Assembly: GCA_019748135.1 (NCBI GenBank)
Contig: JAIEPZ010000023.1
Span: forward strand, 14,742 to 78,741
Direction: 5' to 3'
From: Hyphomicrobiales bacterium
GTDB taxonomy: Bacteria > Pseudomonadota > Alphaproteobacteria > Rhizobiales > UBA4765
Length of the DNA stretch: 64,000 nucleotides
Shown here: positions 61,279-64,000 of the stretch, one piece after another
Layout of the letters: the number at the start of each line of letters is the position of its first letter
How positions within the stretch are numbered: the stretch's first letter is position 1
The notes under the pieces: model-generated
The model's database searches: none
Seen by the model: only the letters and a program-made list of their open reading frames with translations
Told to the model about the DNA's origin: nothing
Program-made: the position numbers and the translations under genes

Positions 61279-62340
61279 TTGGACCAGAAAGATGATTTCC
61301 TCCGCACGATTGGCTACGGCGAAGCAGCAATCGGGCATCTCAAGGCGCATATGACGCCCGCCTATCCGCGCAATTACGAGATGTGGTACACCTATGCTGC
61401 TGGCTATAATCAGTCTCTCAACAAGGCACTGAATGCGCTGTTGCGCAATTCCGAGATGATCTCGGCTGAGGATACCGCACGGATCTACGAGGAGTTTCTG
61501 GCGCCGCACCGGTTCGGAGACCGGGTTGAACGGATCGGCGGCAAGCTGTCAGGCGAACTGCGCGAGGTCGTGAACGCCATCGATTCAGCACGCAAGGATG
61601 CCCTCGCCTACAGCGAAACCCTCGAAGGAGCCTCGGGCGATCTGGCGCGCTCGGCCAAGGACGAGCTTGCGCTGCAGCGCATCGTCGAGACGCTGGTGAG
61701 CGAAACGAAGGACATGGCGACGCGCAATGTCGATCTTGAGGAAAAGCTTCGCGATTCCAAACGCCAGATCGAAGAGCTGCGTGTGTCGCTTGAAACCATC
61801 CGCAATGAAACATTGACCGACCCGCTCACTGGCCTTGCCAATCGACGCTGTCTTGATCAGTCGCTGGAGCGCTGCATCATCGACGCGCAGTCGAACAACA
61901 TGCCGTTGTCGCTACTGATTTCCGACATAGATCATTTCAAGAAGTTCAACGACGTCTATGGGCATCAGACCGGCGATCAGGTCTTGCGTCTGGTTGCCAC
62001 TGCCGTCAAGCAGAACGTCAAGGGACAGGATATCGCGGCGCGCTTTGGCGGCGAGGAATTCTGCATCCTGCTGCCGCGCACCGATCTTCCAGCCGCCTTG
62101 AGGGTGGCGGAACATGTCCGCCAAAGCGTCATGGGCAAAGAACTCATCAAGCGCTCAACGGGCGAGCGTCTGGGCCGGATCACGATTTCGATTGGCTGCG
62201 CTATGTTGCGTCCAGGCGACACGTCCGATCTGATCATCGACCGTGCCGATCAGGCGATGTATCTGGCGAAAAGGCAGGGGCGCAATCGCGTCTGTACTGA
62301 ACTCGATGTTGCTCAGCAAGAAGGCTCACAGGTCGCCTGA
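61279..62340 (+). CDS. Diguanylate cyclase (DgcB-like, GGEEF)
   Basis: N-terminal P.NYE.WY.Y domain, coiled coil, TDPLTGLANRR, DIDHFKKFND.YGH..GD, RFGGEEF; TTG start with GGAG RBS. Confidence 0.92.
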   Translation: MDQKDDFLRTIGYGEAAIGHLKAHMTPAYPRNYEMWYTYAAGYNQSLNKALNALLRNSEMISAEDTARIYEEFLAPHRFGDRVERIGGKLSGELREVVNAIDSARKDALAYSETLEGASGDLARSAKDELALQRIVETLVSETKDMATRNVDLEEKLRDSKRQIEELRVSLETIRNETLTDPLTGLANRRCLDQSLERCIIDAQSNNMPLSLLISDIDHFKKFNDVYGHQTGDQVLRLVATAVKQNVKGQDIAARFGGEEFCILLPRTDLPAALRVAEHVRQSVMGKELIKRSTGERLGRITISIGCAMLRPGDTSDLIIDRADQAMYLAKRQGRNRVCTELDVAQQEGSQVA

Positions 62341-62363
62341 TTGCCGGCGACGTGTTGGCAGGT

Positions 62364-62771
62364 TCAATCGGTCACTGCCTCTGCCGCCGGTGTGATCGCG
62401 ACCGATTCACCACAGCCGCAGGCACTGGTCTGATTGGGGTTTTCAAAGACAAATCCCGACGTCAGCTTGTCACTGCGAAAATCCATGGTCGTTCCCAGCA
62501 GAAACAAAACGGCTTTGCTGTCGATGAGAACCCGCACACCCTTGTCCTCGATGATCTCGTCATGCGGCTCGGCTTTCTCGGCATAATCCATCGTGTAGGA
62601 CATGCCGGCGCAGCCGCCATTTTTGACACCCACGCGCACGCCATAAAGCGGGCGCTCGGAGCGCGCCATGATGTGGCGCACACGCTCGGCTGCGGTCTCC
62701 GTCAACGTCACCACGGACATACGCGGGCGGCGACGCGGGGGTAGCGAAGATGCGGATGTCTCAGCGGTCAT
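62364..62771 (-). CDS. sufA: A-type Fe-S cluster carrier (SufA/IscA)
   Basis: GGCAGMSY, F.NPN....CGCGES. Confidence 0.93.
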   Translation of the reverse strand: MTAETSASSLPPRRRPRMSVVTLTETAAERVRHIMARSERPLYGVRVGVKNGGCAGMSYTMDYAEKAEPHDEIIEDKGVRVLIDSKAVLFLLGTTMDFRSDKLTSGFVFENPNQTSACGCGESVAITPAAEAVTD

Positions 62772-62848
62772 ATCGTTTCACCTTCTGCCCGCGATCGATC
62801 AAACATCATCGAACGGGCGTCGTGATTGTCGAGAGTACATGGGCACTA

Positions 62849-63211
62849 CTAAAACATATTCAAGGCAACCCGTGCCTCGTCTGACATGCGCGAAGGATCC
62901 CATGGCGGATCGAAGACCATCTGGACCTTGACGCCGGAAACACCGGGAACCGTCGATACGGCATTTTCTACCCAGCCCGGCATCTCGCCAGCAACCGGAC
63001 AGGCGGGAGCGGTCAGCGTCATGTCGATGTCGACAAAGCGATCATCGTTGATATCGACGCGGTAGATCAGACCCAGCTCGTAAATATCGCAGGGAATTTC
63101 CGGGTCATAAACGGTCTTGAGGGCTGCGACGATGTCGTCGGTCAGGCGATCAACATCGCTGCCCGATGGTGAGACCGCCGTCGTCACAGGTGTTATCGTA
63201 TCCTGGCTCAT
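62849..63211 (-). CDS. SUF system Fe-S assembly protein (SufT/DUF59)
   Basis: VYDPEIP.DIYELGLIY, MTLTAPACPVA, DPPW. Confidence 0.92.
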   Translation of the reverse strand: MSQDTITPVTTAVSPSGSDVDRLTDDIVAALKTVYDPEIPCDIYELGLIYRVDINDDRFVDIDMTLTAPACPVAGEMPGWVENAVSTVPGVSGVKVQMVFDPPWDPSRMSDEARVALNMF

Positions 63212-63218
63212 TCGACCC

Positions 63219-64000
63219 TCATGCGAAAAAATCATGCGCCTTGCGCAAGGCCGCGACCAGTTTATCGACCTCGGCCGGCGTATTATAGAGTGCAAACGAC
63301 GCACGGCAGGTCGAGGTGACGCCAAAACGCTTCAGCAGCGGCATGGCGCAATGCGTGCCCGCTCTTACCGCCACACCCTCGCGGTCGATCACGGTTGCCA
63401 CATCATGGGCATGGGCCCCGGTCATTTCAAAGGCGATGATCGCTCCCTTGCCCGGCGCAGTGCCGATCATCCGCAGCGAATTGATTTCGCTCAGCCGCTG
63501 GTGCGCGTAGGCGCTGAGCGCCTGTTCATGAGCGGCGATCGTCTTGCGCCCGATACCCATCATGAATTCGACCGCAGCCCCCAGACCGATCGCTTGCACG
63601 ATCGGCGGCGTGCCGGCCTCGAAGCGATGCGGCGGGTCATTGTAGGTCACGCCCTCCATCGTCACCGTCTCGATCATCTCGCCGCCACCATTGAAGGGCG
63701 GCATGACGGCCAGATGCTCCTTCTTGCCGTAGAGCACGCCAATACCAGTTGGCCCGTACACTTTGTGGCCGGTGAAGATGTAGAAATCAGCATCAAGATC
63801 CTGCACGTCGACATCGAGATGGACGGCCCCCTGGCTGCCATCAACAACGACCGGAATGCCACGCGCGTGGGCAGCGGCGATCATCTCTTTCAAGGGCGTT
63901 ATCGTCCCCAGCACATTTGACATGTGAGTGATGGCAACCAGCTTTGTTCGCGACGTCAGCGCAGCCTCGAACGCTGCCAATGTCAGCGAGCCATCATCGG
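63219..64000 (-). CDS. sufS: Cysteine desulfurase SufS (5' part outside the window)
   Basis: HMSNVLG, VDGSQ, TGHKVYGPTGIG, FEAGTP, RAGTHCA. Confidence 0.95.
   Translation of the reverse strand, partial: DDGSLTLAAFEAALTSRTKLVAITHMSNVLGTITPLKEMIAAAHARGIPVVVDGSQGAVHLDVDVQDLDADFYIFTGHKVYGPTGIGVLYGKKEHLAVMPPFNGGGEMIETVTMEGVTYNDPPHRFEAGTPPIVQAIGLGAAVEFMMGIGRKTIAAHEQALSAYAHQRLSEINSLRMIGTAPGKGAIIAFEMTGAHAHDVATVIDREGVAVRAGTHCAMPLLKRFGVTSTCRASFALYNTPAEVDKLVAALRKAHDFFA

Noticed and set aside
61274-61281. Frameshift at the diguanylate cyclase start (out-of-frame ATG followed by a T run)
   Set aside because: The in-frame TTG at 61279 is well spaced (7 nt) from GGAG while the ATG is only 2 nt away, so no frameshift is needed.

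Overview
GC-rich (about 60%) chromosomal window, most likely from an alphaproteobacterium of the Hyphomicrobiales/Rhizobiales, judged from gene content and order. It is mostly core genome: uppE/uppF-like polysaccharide genes, ihfA-merR, plsX-fabH, bamE, hppA, the nrdR-rib-nusB-thiL block, glyA, ldtR with an L,D-transpeptidase, gatCAB, an opp-type transporter, tig-clpP-clpX-lon, glnB-glnA (sigma54/NtrC promoter), parE, a DEAD-box helicase, a diguanylate cyclase and the end of the suf operon, plus tRNA-Pro(GGG), tRNA-Val(TAC) and tRNA-Leu(TAG). I found no CRISPR array, integrase, transposase or prophage, and no clearly new multi-gene system. The most interesting items are small: (1) a D-glutamate cluster (dgcN-dgcA divergent from gltIJKL-dat) next to two secreted esterases and a LysR regulator; (2) a 269-bp non-autonomous MITE with 34-bp terminal inverted repeats and nested internal hairpins at the parE stop codon; (3) a tRNA-Pro-linked REP-like hairpin pair beside a toxin-antitoxin pair whose VapC is frameshifted; (4) a Tat-exported multicopper-oxidase homologue that has lost nearly all copper ligands, followed by a tract of about 89% AT and a secreted beta-helix protein; (5) orphan genes inserted in gatCAB and between clpX and lon. 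All calls come from reading motifs by eye; no database searches were run.
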